DNA of 51,026 bases. It comes from an uncultured Gammaproteobacteria bacterium. Its GTDB lineage: Bacteria > Patescibacteriota > Microgenomatia > UBA12405. Every line of letters begins with the position of its first letter. Position 1 is the stretch's first letter. The stretch is from positions 1-51,026 of the forward strand of contig CAYOPC010000002.1 of assembly GCA_964405765.1 (NCBI GenBank), given 5' to 3'. Both the position numbers and the translations under genes were made by a program. Positions 1 to 9,329 of this stretch are shown piece after piece. Below the pieces are notes generated by a model that searched no databases, was not told the origin of the DNA, and saw only the letters and a program-made list of their open reading frames with translations.

Positions 1-647
1 ATGGTGAGGCTGATGGTATTGAATCTATTAAGAAATTAATGGAAGCTCTTGATACTTATATTCCTGAACCTGTTCGTGAACTCGACAAACCTTTCTTAAT
101 GCCCGTTGAAGACGTTTTCTCTATCAAAGGTCGTGGTACGGTGGCTACTGGAAGAATCGAAAAAGGTATCGTTAAAATCAATGACGAAGTTGAAATCGTC
201 GGTCTTCGTGACACTCGTAAAGCTGTTGTTACCGGAGTCGAAATGTTCCATAAACAACTCGATCAAGGTCAAGCTGGTGATAATGTCGGTTTATTGCTCC
301 GCGGTGTTGAAAAAGACGATATCGAAAGGGGACAAGTTTTGGCTAAACCAGGTTCCATTACTCCTCACACTGAGTTCAAAGCTGAAGTTTTGTTACTCAA
401 AAAAGAGGAAGGTGGCCGACATACTCCTATCTTTTCAGGTTATCGACCTCAGGTTTTCATCGGTACTACTGATGTTACCGGTGATGTCACTTTAACCGAA
501 GGTACCGAAATGATTATGCCGGGTGACAATACCACTGTTACTATCAAGTTAATTAAACCGGTGGCCATGCAAACAGGTCAACGCTTCGCTATTCGCGAAG
601 GTGGTTTGACTGTTGGTGCTGGTGCTATTACTGAAATTATTAAATAA
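1..647 (+). CDS. tuf: Elongation factor Tu, C-terminal part (5' end lies upstream of the window)
   Basis: The frame is open from base 3 with no start codon. The translation ...[25 protein letters not shown]...[20 protein letters not shown] matches EF-Tu domains II-III. It lies directly upstream of rpsJ. Confidence 0.95.
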   Translation, partial: GEADGIESIKKLMEALDTYIPEPVRELDKPFLMPVEDVFSIKGRGTVATGRIEKGIVKINDEVEIVGLRDTRKAVVTGVEMFHKQLDQGQAGDNVGLLLRGVEKDDIERGQVLAKPGSITPHTEFKAEVLLLKKEEGGRHTPIFSGYRPQVFIGTTDVTGDVTLTEGTEMIMPGDNTTVTIKLIKPVAMQTGQRFAIREGGLTVGAGAITEIIK

Positions 648-650
648 ATT

Positions 651-962
651 ATGGCTAAGGGTAACCGCATCCGCATTAGATTGAAATCTTTTGATCATCG
701 AATTATCGATGAAGCAGCTATTAAAATAGTTGAGGCTGCGGTTACCGCTGGTGCCAAAGTCGAAGGCCCTATACCTTTACCTACTGAACAAAAGACCATT
801 ACTGTTTTAACCAGTCCTCATACCGATAAGAATGCTCGTGAGCATTTCGAAGTTCGAACTCACAAACGTCTTATTGATATTTCCAATACCAGCCTTCGCA
901 CTGTCGATAGCCTTCAACATTTGGATTTACCCTCAGGAGTGGAAGTAGAAGTTAAGATGTAA
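651..962 (+). CDS. rpsJ: 30S ribosomal protein S10
   Basis: 103 aa, [16 protein letters not shown]...THKRLIDI; first gene of the S10 cluster, 3 nt after the tuf stop. Confidence 0.95.
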   Translation: MAKGNRIRIRLKSFDHRIIDEAAIKIVEAAVTAGAKVEGPIPLPTEQKTITVLTSPHTDKNAREHFEVRTHKRLIDISNTSLRTVDSLQHLDLPSGVEVEVKM

Positions 963-966
963 AATT

Positions 967-1587
967 ATGATCTCAGGATTTTTAATTAAAAAGGGTCATA
1001 TGACCAGTGTCTATACTCCAGAGGGCCGTAGAATTGCTGTCACTCAGTGTAGTGCTCAACCACTAAAAGTTACCCAAATCAAAACCCAAGAAAAAGACGG
1101 TTATACTTCTGTTCAAGTTGCTTACGATTCTAAAAAACATCTCGATCACGCTACTACCAGTAAACTTACCAAACTAAATTTAGATATCAAACCTCGCTTT
1201 TTCAAAGAATTTAAACTTACCTCTGATCAAATTCCCCAAGTTGGTACCGATATTCCTGTCGAATCGGTTTTTTCCCAAGGAGAAATTATTGATGCTACCG
1301 GCACTTCTAAAGGTCGTGGTTTTGCCGGTGTTATCAAGCGACATGGTTTCAAAAAACAACCTATTTTGGGTTCTTCCGATCGTGTTCGTCATCCCGGTTC
1401 TATTGGTGCTCAAACTCCAAGTAAAGTTGTTAAGGGTAAAAAAATGCCGGGCCATTATGGTGTCGAAACTGTCACTGTTTCTGGTTTAGAAGTTTTTTCT
1501 ATCAATCCCGAAACCAAAGAAATTCTCATTAAAGGTTCGGTTCCCGGAAGTTTTAATTCTTGGGTCACCATCAAAAAGACTGCCTAA
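967..1587 (+). CDS. rplC: 50S ribosomal protein L3
   Basis: 206 aa with the GTSKGRGFAGVIKRHGF motif; conserved position after rpsJ. Confidence 0.95.
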   Translation: MISGFLIKKGHMTSVYTPEGRRIAVTQCSAQPLKVTQIKTQEKDGYTSVQVAYDSKKHLDHATTSKLTKLNLDIKPRFFKEFKLTSDQIPQVGTDIPVESVFSQGEIIDATGTSKGRGFAGVIKRHGFKKQPILGSSDRVRHPGSIGAQTPSKVVKGKKMPGHYGVETVTVSGLEVFSINPETKEILIKGSVPGSFNSWVTIKKTA

Positions 1588-1589
1588 TT

Positions 1590-2222
1590 ATGAAAGCTCA
1601 AGTTTATAATATTAAAGCTGAAAAAGTTGGAGATATTGCCCTTCCTAAGGAAGTTTTCTCTAATCCAGTTTCAGATTCTCTTATTGCTCAAGCTATCCGT
1701 GTTACCTTAGCTAACCGTCGTTCTTCTTACGCCAAAACCAAAACCCGTTCTGAAGTTGCTGGTACTCGCAAGAAAGTTTGGGCTCAAAAAGGCACTGGTA
1801 ATGCTCGTCACGGTAATCGTACTGCTCCAATCTTTGTTGGTGGTGGTAGTGCTCTTGGTCCAGATGGTAATCAAAACTATTCTCTTAATATCAGCAAAGC
1901 CATGCGACGCCGTGCTATTCGTGGTCTTTTAACCAAATTTGCTGAGGCTAAAAAAATCTTAGTCATCGATAATTTTTCTCAGCTCGAACCCAAAACTAAA
2001 TCCGGAATTAAATTAATTACTGGACTTAAAGGTATTGATAGCGTATTATCAAAAAGTCGTAAAATTGGGGTTATTACTACTAAAACTATAACTCCTGTCA
2101 AACGGGCTTTTGGCAACATCAAAGATATTAATTTACTTTCTCTTAAGTCTCTTGATATCTATTCTATTTCCAAACAAAATTATTTAATTATCAGTCAAAA
2201 AGCTATTAAGCAGTTCAAATAA
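1590..2222 (+). CDS. rplD: 50S ribosomal protein L4
   Basis: The track ORF starts inside rplC, so I moved the start to ATG 1590, 2 nt after the rplC stop (MKAQVYNIKAEK...). Contains KGTGNARHG. Confidence 0.9.
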   Translation: MKAQVYNIKAEKVGDIALPKEVFSNPVSDSLIAQAIRVTLANRRSSYAKTKTRSEVAGTRKKVWAQKGTGNARHGNRTAPIFVGGGSALGPDGNQNYSLNISKAMRRRAIRGLLTKFAEAKKILVIDNFSQLEPKTKSGIKLITGLKGIDSVLSKSRKIGVITTKTITPVKRAFGNIKDINLLSLKSLDIYSISKQNYLIISQKAIKQFK

Positions 2223-2226
2223 TCAC

Positions 2227-2526
2227 ATGTCACAAAATATTGTTATTTTAAAACCAGTCATCACCGAAAAGGCTCTTGCTGCGCAACAGGTTCAAGATAA
2301 ATACGCTTTTTGGGTTGCCCCTCAGGTTACCAAAAATCAAATAGTCGCTTCTTTCCAAGCTGTTTTTAGTATCAAACCAATTTCTATTCAAACTCTTACT
2401 CTCAAGGGTAAATTCAAAACTAACTGGAAAACCCGAAAGACTAGTCAAAAAACTGATCGTAAAAAAGCTGTTATTACCGTCCCTAAGGGCACTAAGCTTG
2501 AACTCCTCAAGCTTAACACCAAATAA
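2227..2526 (+). CDS. rplW: 50S ribosomal protein L23
   Basis: 99 aa basic protein between rplD and rplB with a uL23-like N-terminus (ILKPVITEKA). Confidence 0.9.
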   Translation: MSQNIVILKPVITEKALAAQQVQDKYAFWVAPQVTKNQIVASFQAVFSIKPISIQTLTLKGKFKTNWKTRKTSQKTDRKKAVITVPKGTKLELLKLNTK

Positions 2527-2528
2527 TT

Positions 2529-3272
2529 ATGGCACTTAAATCTTTACTAACTATCAAAAAGAAAACCAGTGGTCGTGATTCTCACGGTCATGTTTCTATC
2601 CGTCATCGTGGCGGCGAACATAAGCGTTTCTTAAGAAAAATTGAATGGAATCGTACTCAACTTAATATTCCCGCCAAAGTCATAGCTATTGAATATGATC
2701 CTAATCGCACTGCCGATTTGGCTTTAATTGTCTATCAAAATGGGGCTAAATCTTACATTTTATCTACCGCCAATCTTCAAATTGGTGATACTGTTATCTC
2801 TTCAGACACTGCTCCTATCAAAGATGGTAACTGTCTGCCTCTCAAAAATATTCCCGTCGGTGTTCCTATTCATGCTCTTAGTTTCCAGGTCGGCAAACCC
2901 GCCCAGATAATTAAAAGTGCCGGTTCTGCTGCCTATGTTCAAAGTATTGACGGCAACAAAGCTATAGTTAAATTACCTTCTGGGGAAATCAGAATTTTTA
3001 ATGCTGACTGTCGGGCTACTATTGGTCAAGTTTCCAACGCCGATCATTCCAATCAAAAATTAACTAAAGCCGGCCAGTCACGTCATCGTGGTATTCGTCC
3101 TACTGTTCGCGGTGTGGCTCAAAATCCCCATTCACATCCCCATGGTGGTGGTGAAGGTCGTAGTTCTATTGGTATGCATCCAAAAACCAAATGGGGTAAA
3201 CCAGCCTTCAGAAGAACCAGAAAACTTAAAAAAGCCTCTAATAAGTTAATCGTTCAAAGAAGAAAGAAATAA
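2529..3272 (+). CDS. rplB: 50S ribosomal protein L2
   Basis: 247 aa; RHRGIRPTVRGVAQNPHSHPHGGGEG signature. Confidence 0.95.
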   Translation: MALKSLLTIKKKTSGRDSHGHVSIRHRGGEHKRFLRKIEWNRTQLNIPAKVIAIEYDPNRTADLALIVYQNGAKSYILSTANLQIGDTVISSDTAPIKDGNCLPLKNIPVGVPIHALSFQVGKPAQIIKSAGSAAYVQSIDGNKAIVKLPSGEIRIFNADCRATIGQVSNADHSNQKLTKAGQSRHRGIRPTVRGVAQNPHSHPHGGGEGRSSIGMHPKTKWGKPAFRRTRKLKKASNKLIVQRRKK

Positions 3273-3275
3273 TCT

Positions 3276-3548
3276 ATGTCTAGGAGTTCAAAAAAAGGTC
3301 CTTTCATTGACCAAAATATTCTCGATAAATTAGCTAAAGGTGGTAATCAAGTCATCAAAACTTATGCTCGCCACAGCGATATTGCTCCTCAGTTTGTTGG
3401 ACGAACTTTCGACGTTCACAATGGTAAAAAATTTATCAGTGTTTATGTTACTGAAGACATGGTTGGTCACAAACTTGGTGAATTTTCACCTAGCCGAACC
3501 TTCAAAGGCCATGGTCGTGTGGTTAAAAGAGTTATTGAGAAAACCTAA
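3276..3548 (+). CDS. rpsS: 30S ribosomal protein S19
   Basis: 90 aa; [29 protein letters not shown]. Confidence 0.95.
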   Translation: MSRSSKKGPFIDQNILDKLAKGGNQVIKTYARHSDIAPQFVGRTFDVHNGKKFISVYVTEDMVGHKLGEFSPSRTFKGHGRVVKRVIEKT

Positions 3549-3554
3549 AATTTT

Positions 3555-4016
3555 ATGGCAACTATTACTAAAAAAACTACCCAAGCCAAGGTTTCTAAAA
3601 TTGAAACTATCAAAAAAACCGTCAAGAAAATTGAAACTATTAAGCCGGTTGAAAAACCAGAAGTTATTTTTAAAACCGCCAAATACGTCAATAAAAACAT
3701 TCAAATTTCTCCTCGTAAAATCCGACTTTTAGTTGATGAAGTTCGTAAACTTTCTCCAGTTGAAGCTCTTAACCGGGTTAAATTTGTAAACACTAAATCA
3801 GCCCGGGTTTTAACTCAAGCTCTCAAAAATATCCTTGCTGATGCTAAAAATAATTTTAACCTAGATACAAATTCGTTAAAATTTGATACTATCAAAGCCG
3901 ACGAAGCTTTAAAAATTAAACGTATGGACAAGTCACACGGATCCCGTTTTGCTCGTGGTCTAATTCAAAAACGCCACAGCCGTCTTGTCATAATTGTTAA
4001 AGGAGTTCAAAAGTAA
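3555..4016 (+). CDS. rplV: 50S ribosomal protein L22 with a Lys-rich N-terminal extension
   Basis: 153 aa. The core ISPRKIRLLVDEVR... is uL22. It is preceded by about 40 aa of Lys-rich sequence containing a KIETIK internal repeat. Confidence 0.9.
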   Translation: MATITKKTTQAKVSKIETIKKTVKKIETIKPVEKPEVIFKTAKYVNKNIQISPRKIRLLVDEVRKLSPVEALNRVKFVNTKSARVLTQALKNILADAKNNFNLDTNSLKFDTIKADEALKIKRMDKSHGSRFARGLIQKRHSRLVIIVKGVQK

Positions 4017-4017
4017 T

Positions 4018-4659
4018 ATGGGTCAAAAAGTTAACCCTATCGGTTTCAGACTTGAGGCTGTTAAAAACAGTCCTGAGTGGCAATCCAGTTGGTTTGCTAG
4101 TGCTAAAAAATATCCAATCTTTTTATTGGAAGATAAAAATATTCGTGATTTTTTGCAAAAGAAAATTTATTCAGCGGGTATCGTCAATATTAAAATTGAG
4201 CGATCTGTCAAAAAAATTAAAATTACCATTATTGTCGCTCGACCCGGGCTGGTTATCGGTCGCGGCGGTAAAGAACTTGAAATCCTTAAAAAAGAAATCC
4301 AAAAACTTTTAAATAAAGAAAGCGGTAAGCAATCTGTAGAAATCCAGGTTGAAGAGTTTAAACATTCTGATCTTTCCGCCAAACTGATTGCTGAAAAAAT
4401 TGCTTATCAACTTACCAAAAGAATGCCTTATCGCCGGGTGGTTTTATCATCTATTGAAAAAGCCATGTCTTCCGGTGCTAAAGGTGTTAAAGTCGTTCTC
4501 TCCGGACGTATTAACGGAGCTGAAATCGGCCGTCGGGAAAAATTCTCAGAAGGTAAAATCCCTCTCAGTACTATCCGATCAAAAATTGATTATCACGAAT
4601 GCCCCTCTCTTACCCGATCGGGCTATATCGGGGTTAAAGTTTATTTATGTTTAATATAA
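4018..4659 (+). CDS. rpsC: 30S ribosomal protein S3
   Basis: Start moved to ATG 4018 (MGQKVNPIGFRL), 1 nt after the rplV stop. KH domain plus GRINGAEIGR motif. Confidence 0.93.
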   Translation: MGQKVNPIGFRLEAVKNSPEWQSSWFASAKKYPIFLLEDKNIRDFLQKKIYSAGIVNIKIERSVKKIKITIIVARPGLVIGRGGKELEILKKEIQKLLNKESGKQSVEIQVEEFKHSDLSAKLIAEKIAYQLTKRMPYRRVVLSSIEKAMSSGAKGVKVVLSGRINGAEIGRREKFSEGKIPLSTIRSKIDYHECPSLTRSGYIGVKVYLCLI

Positions 4660-4694
4660 CTAAGATCTAAGATCTGAGATCTAAATAACTAACT
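4660..4694. repeat. Heptamer tandem repeat filling the rpsC-rplP spacer
   Basis: Exactly five 7-nt units, CTAAGAT CTAAGAT CTGAGAT CTAAATA ACTAACT, then ATG 4695. Contains three AGATCT palindromes at 7-nt spacing. Confidence 0.85.
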
Positions 4695-5096
4695 ATGTTA
4701 CAACCAAGTCGTACTAAATACCGAAAACAATTCCGGGGTAAAATGCGGGGTAATTCCAAGGGTAATTTAGTTTCTTTTGGAGAATACGGCCTTAAAACCT
4801 TAGAATGTGGTTGGATTACTAGTAACCAACTCGAAGCTGCTCGTAGAGCTATTGCCCATGCTACCAAAAGAAATGGTCGTATGTGGGTCAGAATCTTCCC
4901 CGATAAACCTATCACTGAAAAAGGTACTGGTACTATGGGCGCTGGTAAAGGCGACGTCAAAGGTTACGTTGCTGTTATTAAACCGGGTCGGGTTATGTTT
5001 GAAATTTCTGGTATTAACCAAAAGGAATCACACGAAGCTCTTAGATTAGCTGCTGCTAAGTTACCGGTTGTTTGCAAAATAGTTGCTAAAAAATAG
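4695..5096 (+). CDS. rplP: 50S ribosomal protein L16
   Basis: 133 aa; [15 protein letters not shown]... canonical uL16 N-terminus. Confidence 0.95.
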   Translation: MLQPSRTKYRKQFRGKMRGNSKGNLVSFGEYGLKTLECGWITSNQLEAARRAIAHATKRNGRMWVRIFPDKPITEKGTGTMGAGKGDVKGYVAVIKPGRVMFEISGINQKESHEALRLAAAKLPVVCKIVAKK

Positions 5097-5107
5097 GAGT
5101 AGATTTT

Positions 5108-5308
5108 ATGAAAAAAACTGATAAAATTTCCTACAGACAAAAAACTCAAAAAGAACTCCAAAAAGATCTTTTCGATTTAAAAAAGAGTTTAATCGAAGCC
5201 AAGGCTAAATTTACTACTGGCAACCTTACTGATACTTCTGTCTTTACTAAAATTAAGCGTCAAATCGCTTTAGTCCTAAACTTTTTAAGTCAAAACAATG
5301 AAAAATAA
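5108..5308 (+). CDS. rpmC: 50S ribosomal protein L29
   Basis: 66 aa helical Lys-rich protein in the conserved slot between rplP and rpsQ. An AGGAG lies upstream, one of the few SD-like motifs in the cluster. Confidence 0.85.
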   Translation: MKKTDKISYRQKTQKELQKDLFDLKKSLIEAKAKFTTGNLTDTSVFTKIKRQIALVLNFLSQNNEK

Positions 5309-5567
5309 TACTAATAATACCGGTAAAACCTTTATTGGCCAAGTTGTCTCTGACAAAATGGCTAATACTATCGTGGTTGAGTTGGAATATACCAGCCGTC
5401 ATCTTAAATATAAAAAAATTGTTACCAAACATAAAAATATCTACTCTGACAATAATCTTTCAGCCAAAATTGGCGATTTGGTCAAAGTCAGAGAAACCCG
5501 ACCTATAAGTAAGCTTAAACGCTTTACTCTTGTCGAAATCGTTAAAAAATTAGACATTAGAAATTAG
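5298..5567 (+). CDS. rpsQ: 30S ribosomal protein S17
   Basis: 89 aa; GQVVSDKMANTIVVE...; overlaps rpmC by 11 nt. Confidence 0.9.
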   Translation: MKNNTNNTGKTFIGQVVSDKMANTIVVELEYTSRHLKYKKIVTKHKNIYSDNNLSAKIGDLVKVRETRPISKLKRFTLVEIVKKLDIRN

Positions 5568-5605
5568 TTTAGATTTTAGAAATTAGATATTAGAAATTAT
5601 AATTT
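5550..5605. repeat. Heptamer-periodic repeat spanning the rpsQ 3' end and the rpsQ-rplN spacer
   Basis: Eight 7-nt units: TTAGACA TTAGAAA TTAGTTT AGATTTT AGAAATT AGATATT AGAAATT ATAATTT, then ATG 5606. Confidence 0.8.
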
Positions 5606-5974
5606 ATGGTTCAACTTAGAAGCATTATCAAACCAGCCGACAACTGTGGCGCTCGAAGCGTTCAGGTGATTCATGTCTACAAAGGTCACTTTCATAAGAA
5701 AGGTTCCATTGGTGACATTGTTTTGGCTGTCGTCAAGGACGCTATTCCCAATGGTTTAGTTAAGAAAAAAGAAAAAGTCAAAATGGTTATTGTTCGTACC
5801 AAAAAAGAAGTTGGTCGTGCTGATGGTTCTTACATTCGTTTTAGTGATAATGCCGGAGTTATTATCGACTCTCAAAACAACCCTCGTGGTACTCGCATTT
5901 TTGGACCAGTTGCCCGCGAAATTAAAGATTTAGGATTCAATAAAATTGCTTCCATGGCCCAAGAGGTTTATTAA
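5606..5974 (+). CDS. rplN: 50S ribosomal protein L14
   Basis: 122 aa; [17 protein letters not shown]. Confidence 0.95.
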   Translation: MVQLRSIIKPADNCGARSVQVIHVYKGHFHKKGSIGDIVLAVVKDAIPNGLVKKKEKVKMVIVRTKKEVGRADGSYIRFSDNAGVIIDSQNNPRGTRIFGPVAREIKDLGFNKIASMAQEVY

Positions 5975-5975
5975 T

Positions 5976-6302
5976 ATGAAAATTTTAAAAGGCGATAAAG
6001 TCAAAATCTTAATCGGTAAAGATAAAGGTCGCGAGGGCGAAGTTATTAAAAGCTTCCCTAAAAAATCTTCCCTTATCGTTAAAGGTCTGAATATTTTTAA
6101 AAAACATGTTAAACCAAGTCAGGGACGTCCGGGGAGTATTATTGAAAAAGAACGGGCTATCTATGTCTCTAAGGTTTCCTTAATCTGTCCTGAATGTAAA
6201 AAAACTACTCGTGTGGGTTATAAAATAGACAAATCCGGTACCAAATACCGAATTTGTAAAAAGTGTCAAGCTATCCTGGCTAAAAAAGTTGCCACCAAAT
6301 AA
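5976..6302 (+). CDS. rplX: 50S ribosomal protein L24 (four-Cys form)
   Basis: Start moved to ATG 5976 (MKILKGDKVKILIGKDKGREG, KOW motif), 1 nt after the rplN stop. The C-terminal part carries CPEC...CKKC. Confidence 0.9.
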   Translation: MKILKGDKVKILIGKDKGREGEVIKSFPKKSSLIVKGLNIFKKHVKPSQGRPGSIIEKERAIYVSKVSLICPECKKTTRVGYKIDKSGTKYRICKKCQAILAKKVATK

Positions 6303-6304
6303 TT

Positions 6305-6847
6305 ATGTTAAAAAATACTATTCAAACTACTATCAAAGAAGAACTGATTTCTAAAATCGGTAAAAAAAGAAACGTCTTTTCTTTACCTCGCCTTACTAAA
6401 GTTGTCATTAACTATCGGGTTGCCGAAGCTCGTGAAAGTCAGGAATCCCTAACTGCGGCTATTGAAGAAATTACTGCTATTACCGGCCAAAAACCCCAGC
6501 TTTGTAAAGCCAAAAAAGCTGTTTCCAGCTTTAAAATTCGGGAAAATGATCCTTTAGCTCTCAAAGTGACTCTTCGCGGATCACGTATGTATGATTTTGT
6601 TGAAAAACTATTTAATCTTATTTTACCTCGCCTTCGCGATTTCAAAGGTATGAGTCTTAATGCTTTTGATGATGCCGGTAATTACAATCTTACCATTAAG
6701 GATCAAACTCTCTTTCCTGAAATCAATTTAGACAAAGCCAATAAAATTCGTTCTGTTCAAATCACCCTAAATATTAATGCCACTTCAAAAGATGAAGCAA
6801 AAATGTTATTATCAGCCCTAGGCTTCCCATTTGAGAAGTCTAACTAA
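6305..6847 (+). CDS. rplE: 50S ribosomal protein L5
   Basis: 180 aa; conserved slot after rplX; the uL5-like sequence includes [20 protein letters not shown]. Confidence 0.95.
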   Translation: MLKNTIQTTIKEELISKIGKKRNVFSLPRLTKVVINYRVAEARESQESLTAAIEEITAITGQKPQLCKAKKAVSSFKIRENDPLALKVTLRGSRMYDFVEKLFNLILPRLRDFKGMSLNAFDDAGNYNLTIKDQTLFPEINLDKANKIRSVQITLNINATSKDEAKMLLSALGFPFEKSN

Positions 6848-6849
6848 AT

Positions 6850-7035
6850 ATGGCAACAACTGCAAAAATTGTCAGAGAAGACAAAAAACTAAAATACAGC
6901 TGCCGACATCATAATCGATGTCACATTTGTGGTCGACCCCGTGGATTTATTCGTTTGTTCGGCATTTGCCGTCTTTGCTTCCGTAAGCTGGCCCATCAGG
7001 GTATGCTTCCGGGTGTCAAAAAATCAAGTTGGTAA
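6850..7035 (+). CDS. rpsN: 30S ribosomal protein S14, zinc-ribbon type Z
   Basis: 61 aa with CxxC...CxxC ([26 protein letters not shown]). Confidence 0.93.
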   Translation: MATTAKIVREDKKLKYSCRHHNRCHICGRPRGFIRLFGICRLCFRKLAHQGMLPGVKKSSW

Positions 7036-7039
7036 AAAT

Positions 7040-7429
7040 ATGTTGCAATCAACCTCTATCGATTTCTTAATTAGAATCAAAAACGCCGCCAAAGCTGGTA
7101 AAAAAGAACTTACCGCTCCGGCTTCTAATTTTTGTATCAGTATCGCCGATCTTTTAAAAAGATACGGTTATCTTGAAAATTATTCTGTTACCGATGGTGC
7201 TAAAAGAGAAATCAATTTAAAACTGTCTTATATTGACAATCAACCCAAAGTTACTCAGGTTAAGATTTTCTCTAAACCTGGTCGAAGAATCTATGAAAAA
7301 GTTTCTTCCTTACCTTGGGGAAAAACTCGTCAGTCATTAATTATTGTTTCCACTTCCAGTGGTGTTATGTCCCAAAAAGAGGCTAAAACTAAATCTCTTG
7401 GTGGTGAAATCATTGCTGAAATTTATTAA
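7040..7429 (+). CDS. rpsH: 30S ribosomal protein S8
   Basis: The track ORF begins inside rpsN, so I moved the start to ATG 7040 (MLQSTSIDFLIRIKNA). Confidence 0.93.
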   Translation: MLQSTSIDFLIRIKNAAKAGKKELTAPASNFCISIADLLKRYGYLENYSVTDGAKREINLKLSYIDNQPKVTQVKIFSKPGRRIYEKVSSLPWGKTRQSLIIVSTSSGVMSQKEAKTKSLGGEIIAEIY

Positions 7430-7432
7430 TTC

Positions 7433-7460
7433 TTTTAACTTTATACTTTTTACTTTTAAC
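7433..7460. repeat. G-free heptamer repeat module upstream of rplF
   Basis: TTTTAAC TTTATAC TTTTTAC TTTTAAC followed by TAATTT and ATG 7467. Same unit family as at 8008, 32858 and 16990. Confidence 0.8.
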
Positions 7461-7466
7461 TAATTT

Positions 7467-8006
7467 ATGTCCAGAATTGGCAAACAACCCATCACCATCC
7501 CTACCGGAGTCACTGTTACCGTTGATAAGCAATTGGTTACCGTCACTGGTCCCAAAGGCACACTTACTTTAACCGTTCCTTTCAAAATTAACGTTGAAGT
7601 TAAGGACAATCAAGTTATTGTTACTCGGGTTTCTGAAGACAAAAAAATTAAAGCTTGTCATGGTGCTACCCGGGCTCATATCCATAATATGGTTACTGGT
7701 GTTCAAACTCCCTGGACCAAAGAACTTGAAATTAAAGGCACCGGTTACAAGGCTTCTGTCAATGGTAATAAACTCAAAGTTTTAGCTGGTTTCATCCATC
7801 CGGTTGAAATCACCGCTCCGGTTGGCATTGAATTCCAAGTTCCGGAAGAAACCAAAATCGTTGTTATAGGTACCGATCGTATGGTCGTTGGTCAGGTTGC
7901 TAGTAATATCCGCAAAATCAGACCGCCTGAACCTTACAAAGGTAAAGGTATCCGCTATGTTAATGAATTTATCAAGTTAAAAGCCGGCAAAAAAGCTAAA
8001 GCTTAA
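7467..8006 (+). CDS. rplF: 50S ribosomal protein L6
   Basis: 179 aa; MSRIGKQPITIPTGVTV...; PEPYKGKGIRY motif. Confidence 0.95.
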   Translation: MSRIGKQPITIPTGVTVTVDKQLVTVTGPKGTLTLTVPFKINVEVKDNQVIVTRVSEDKKIKACHGATRAHIHNMVTGVQTPWTKELEIKGTGYKASVNGNKLKVLAGFIHPVEITAPVGIEFQVPEETKIVVIGTDRMVVGQVASNIRKIRPPEPYKGKGIRYVNEFIKLKAGKKAKA

Positions 8007-8007
8007 A

Positions 8008-8042
8008 ACTAAACTTTTTACTTTATACTTTTAACTTTAAAC
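8008..8042. repeat. G-free heptamer repeat module upstream of rplR
   Basis: ACTAAAC TTTTTAC TTTATAC TTTTAAC TTTAAAC. Positions 8014-8042 equal 32858-32887 apart from one extra A. Confidence 0.85.
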
Positions 8043-8048
8043 CAAATT

Positions 8049-8393
8049 ATGATTGAACAAAATCAAAAAATTAGAAGATTAAAAAGAATCAGAAATAAAA
8101 TTGCCCAAAATTTAGGCATACCTCGACTTTCTGTTTTTCGCAGTAATCAGCATATTTGGGCTCAAATAATTGACGACAAACATGGGCTTACTTTGGTTTC
8201 TGCTTCTACTAAAACCGTTAAAAGTGCCAAGGGTACCAAATCCCAAAAAGCTGCCGAAGTCGGCACTCAAATAGCTAAACTAGCTCTCACCAAGCACATT
8301 ATCAATGTCCGATTTGATCGAGGCACTTATCGTTATCATGGCCGAGTTAAGGCTTTGGCTGATGGAGCTCGATTAGCCGGTTTAAAATTCTAA
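8049..8393 (+). CDS. rplR: 50S ribosomal protein L18
   Basis: 114 aa; RLSVFRSNQHIWAQIIDD...; YHGRVKALADGAR. Confidence 0.93.
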   Translation: MIEQNQKIRRLKRIRNKIAQNLGIPRLSVFRSNQHIWAQIIDDKHGLTLVSASTKTVKSAKGTKSQKAAEVGTQIAKLALTKHIINVRFDRGTYRYHGRVKALADGARLAGLKF

Positions 8394-8394
8394 T

Positions 8395-8877
8395 ATGGCT
8401 TACAACAACAATAAATCAAATCAAAAAAACGATCGATACGAAAAACCAGTCAGTGAATTTACTGACAAAGTTGTTCAAATCAAACGTGTCTCTAAAAAAA
8501 CCAAAGGTGGTAATCAAATTCACTTTACTGCTTTAGTTGTTTCTGGTGACAAAAAATCCCGAGTCGGTGTTGGTTTAGGTAAAGCCAAAAGTGTTGCTGA
8601 TGCTATTCAAAAAGGTATCAAAAAAGCCCAAAAATCTTTAATTGAAGTGCCCATTGTTAATGGAACTATTCCCAGTTCTATCCAACTCAAATTCAAGGGT
8701 GGCATTATTTTAATCCGTCCGGGTAAAGCTGGAAGTGGTCTTATCGCCGGTGGTCCGGTCCGGGCCGTGGTTGAATTAGCTGGTATTAAAGATATTGTCA
8801 GCAAAATCATTGGTTCCAAAAATAAATCAATTAATGTTTGGGCTACTCTTAAGGCTCTTACCTTACTCCAAAAATAA
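8395..8877 (+). CDS. rpsE: 30S ribosomal protein S5
   Basis: 160 aa; VVQIKRVSKKTKGGNQIHFTALVVSGD... Confidence 0.95.
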   Translation: MAYNNNKSNQKNDRYEKPVSEFTDKVVQIKRVSKKTKGGNQIHFTALVVSGDKKSRVGVGLGKAKSVADAIQKGIKKAQKSLIEVPIVNGTIPSSIQLKFKGGIILIRPGKAGSGLIAGGPVRAVVELAGIKDIVSKIIGSKNKSINVWATLKALTLLQK

Positions 8878-8879
8878 TT

Positions 8880-9329
8880 ATGGAAATCTTAACTCAATTA
8901 GCTAAAACTACTACTAAATCAGCTCGTCGTTGTGGCCGGGGTATCGGTTCAGGTCTTGGTGGCCACACTTCTGGTCGTGGTGCCAAAGGTGATCTTGCTC
9001 GTGGTAAAACCAAACTGACTTTTGATGGCACTAAAATCAAAAAAGGTTGGATTAAACGTTTGCCTTTCTTAAGAGGTAAACATCGTCTTAATAATCAGAA
9101 AAGTGTTATTACCTTCACTTTAACCCAAATTGATAAATGGTTTGCCAAAGGAGACACCATTGATATTAATTCTCTGGCACAAAAGACCCACATCTCTTTC
9201 AAGAGACTTAATGCTCAAGTTAAAATTCTTTCTGTTGGTGAAATCACTAAAGCCTTTAAATTCAAAGGTGTTTTAGTTTCCAATTCTGCTTCTAAAAAAA
9301 TTATAGCTGCTGGTGGTAATATAGACTAA
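8880..9329 (+). CDS. rplO: 50S ribosomal protein L15
   Basis: 149 aa; RCGRGIGSGLGGHTSGRGAKG. It starts 2 nt after the rpsE stop, so no rpmD lies between them. Confidence 0.9.
   Translation: MEILTQLAKTTTKSARRCGRGIGSGLGGHTSGRGAKGDLARGKTKLTFDGTKIKKGWIKRLPFLRGKHRLNNQKSVITFTLTQIDKWFAKGDTIDINSLAQKTHISFKRLNAQVKILSVGEITKAFKFKGVLVSNSASKKIIAAGGNID

Noticed and set aside
4660-8042. Short-period intergenic repeats as a possible CRISPR array
   Set aside because: The units are 7-8 nt and directly tandem with no spacers. No cas genes are present anywhere in the window.
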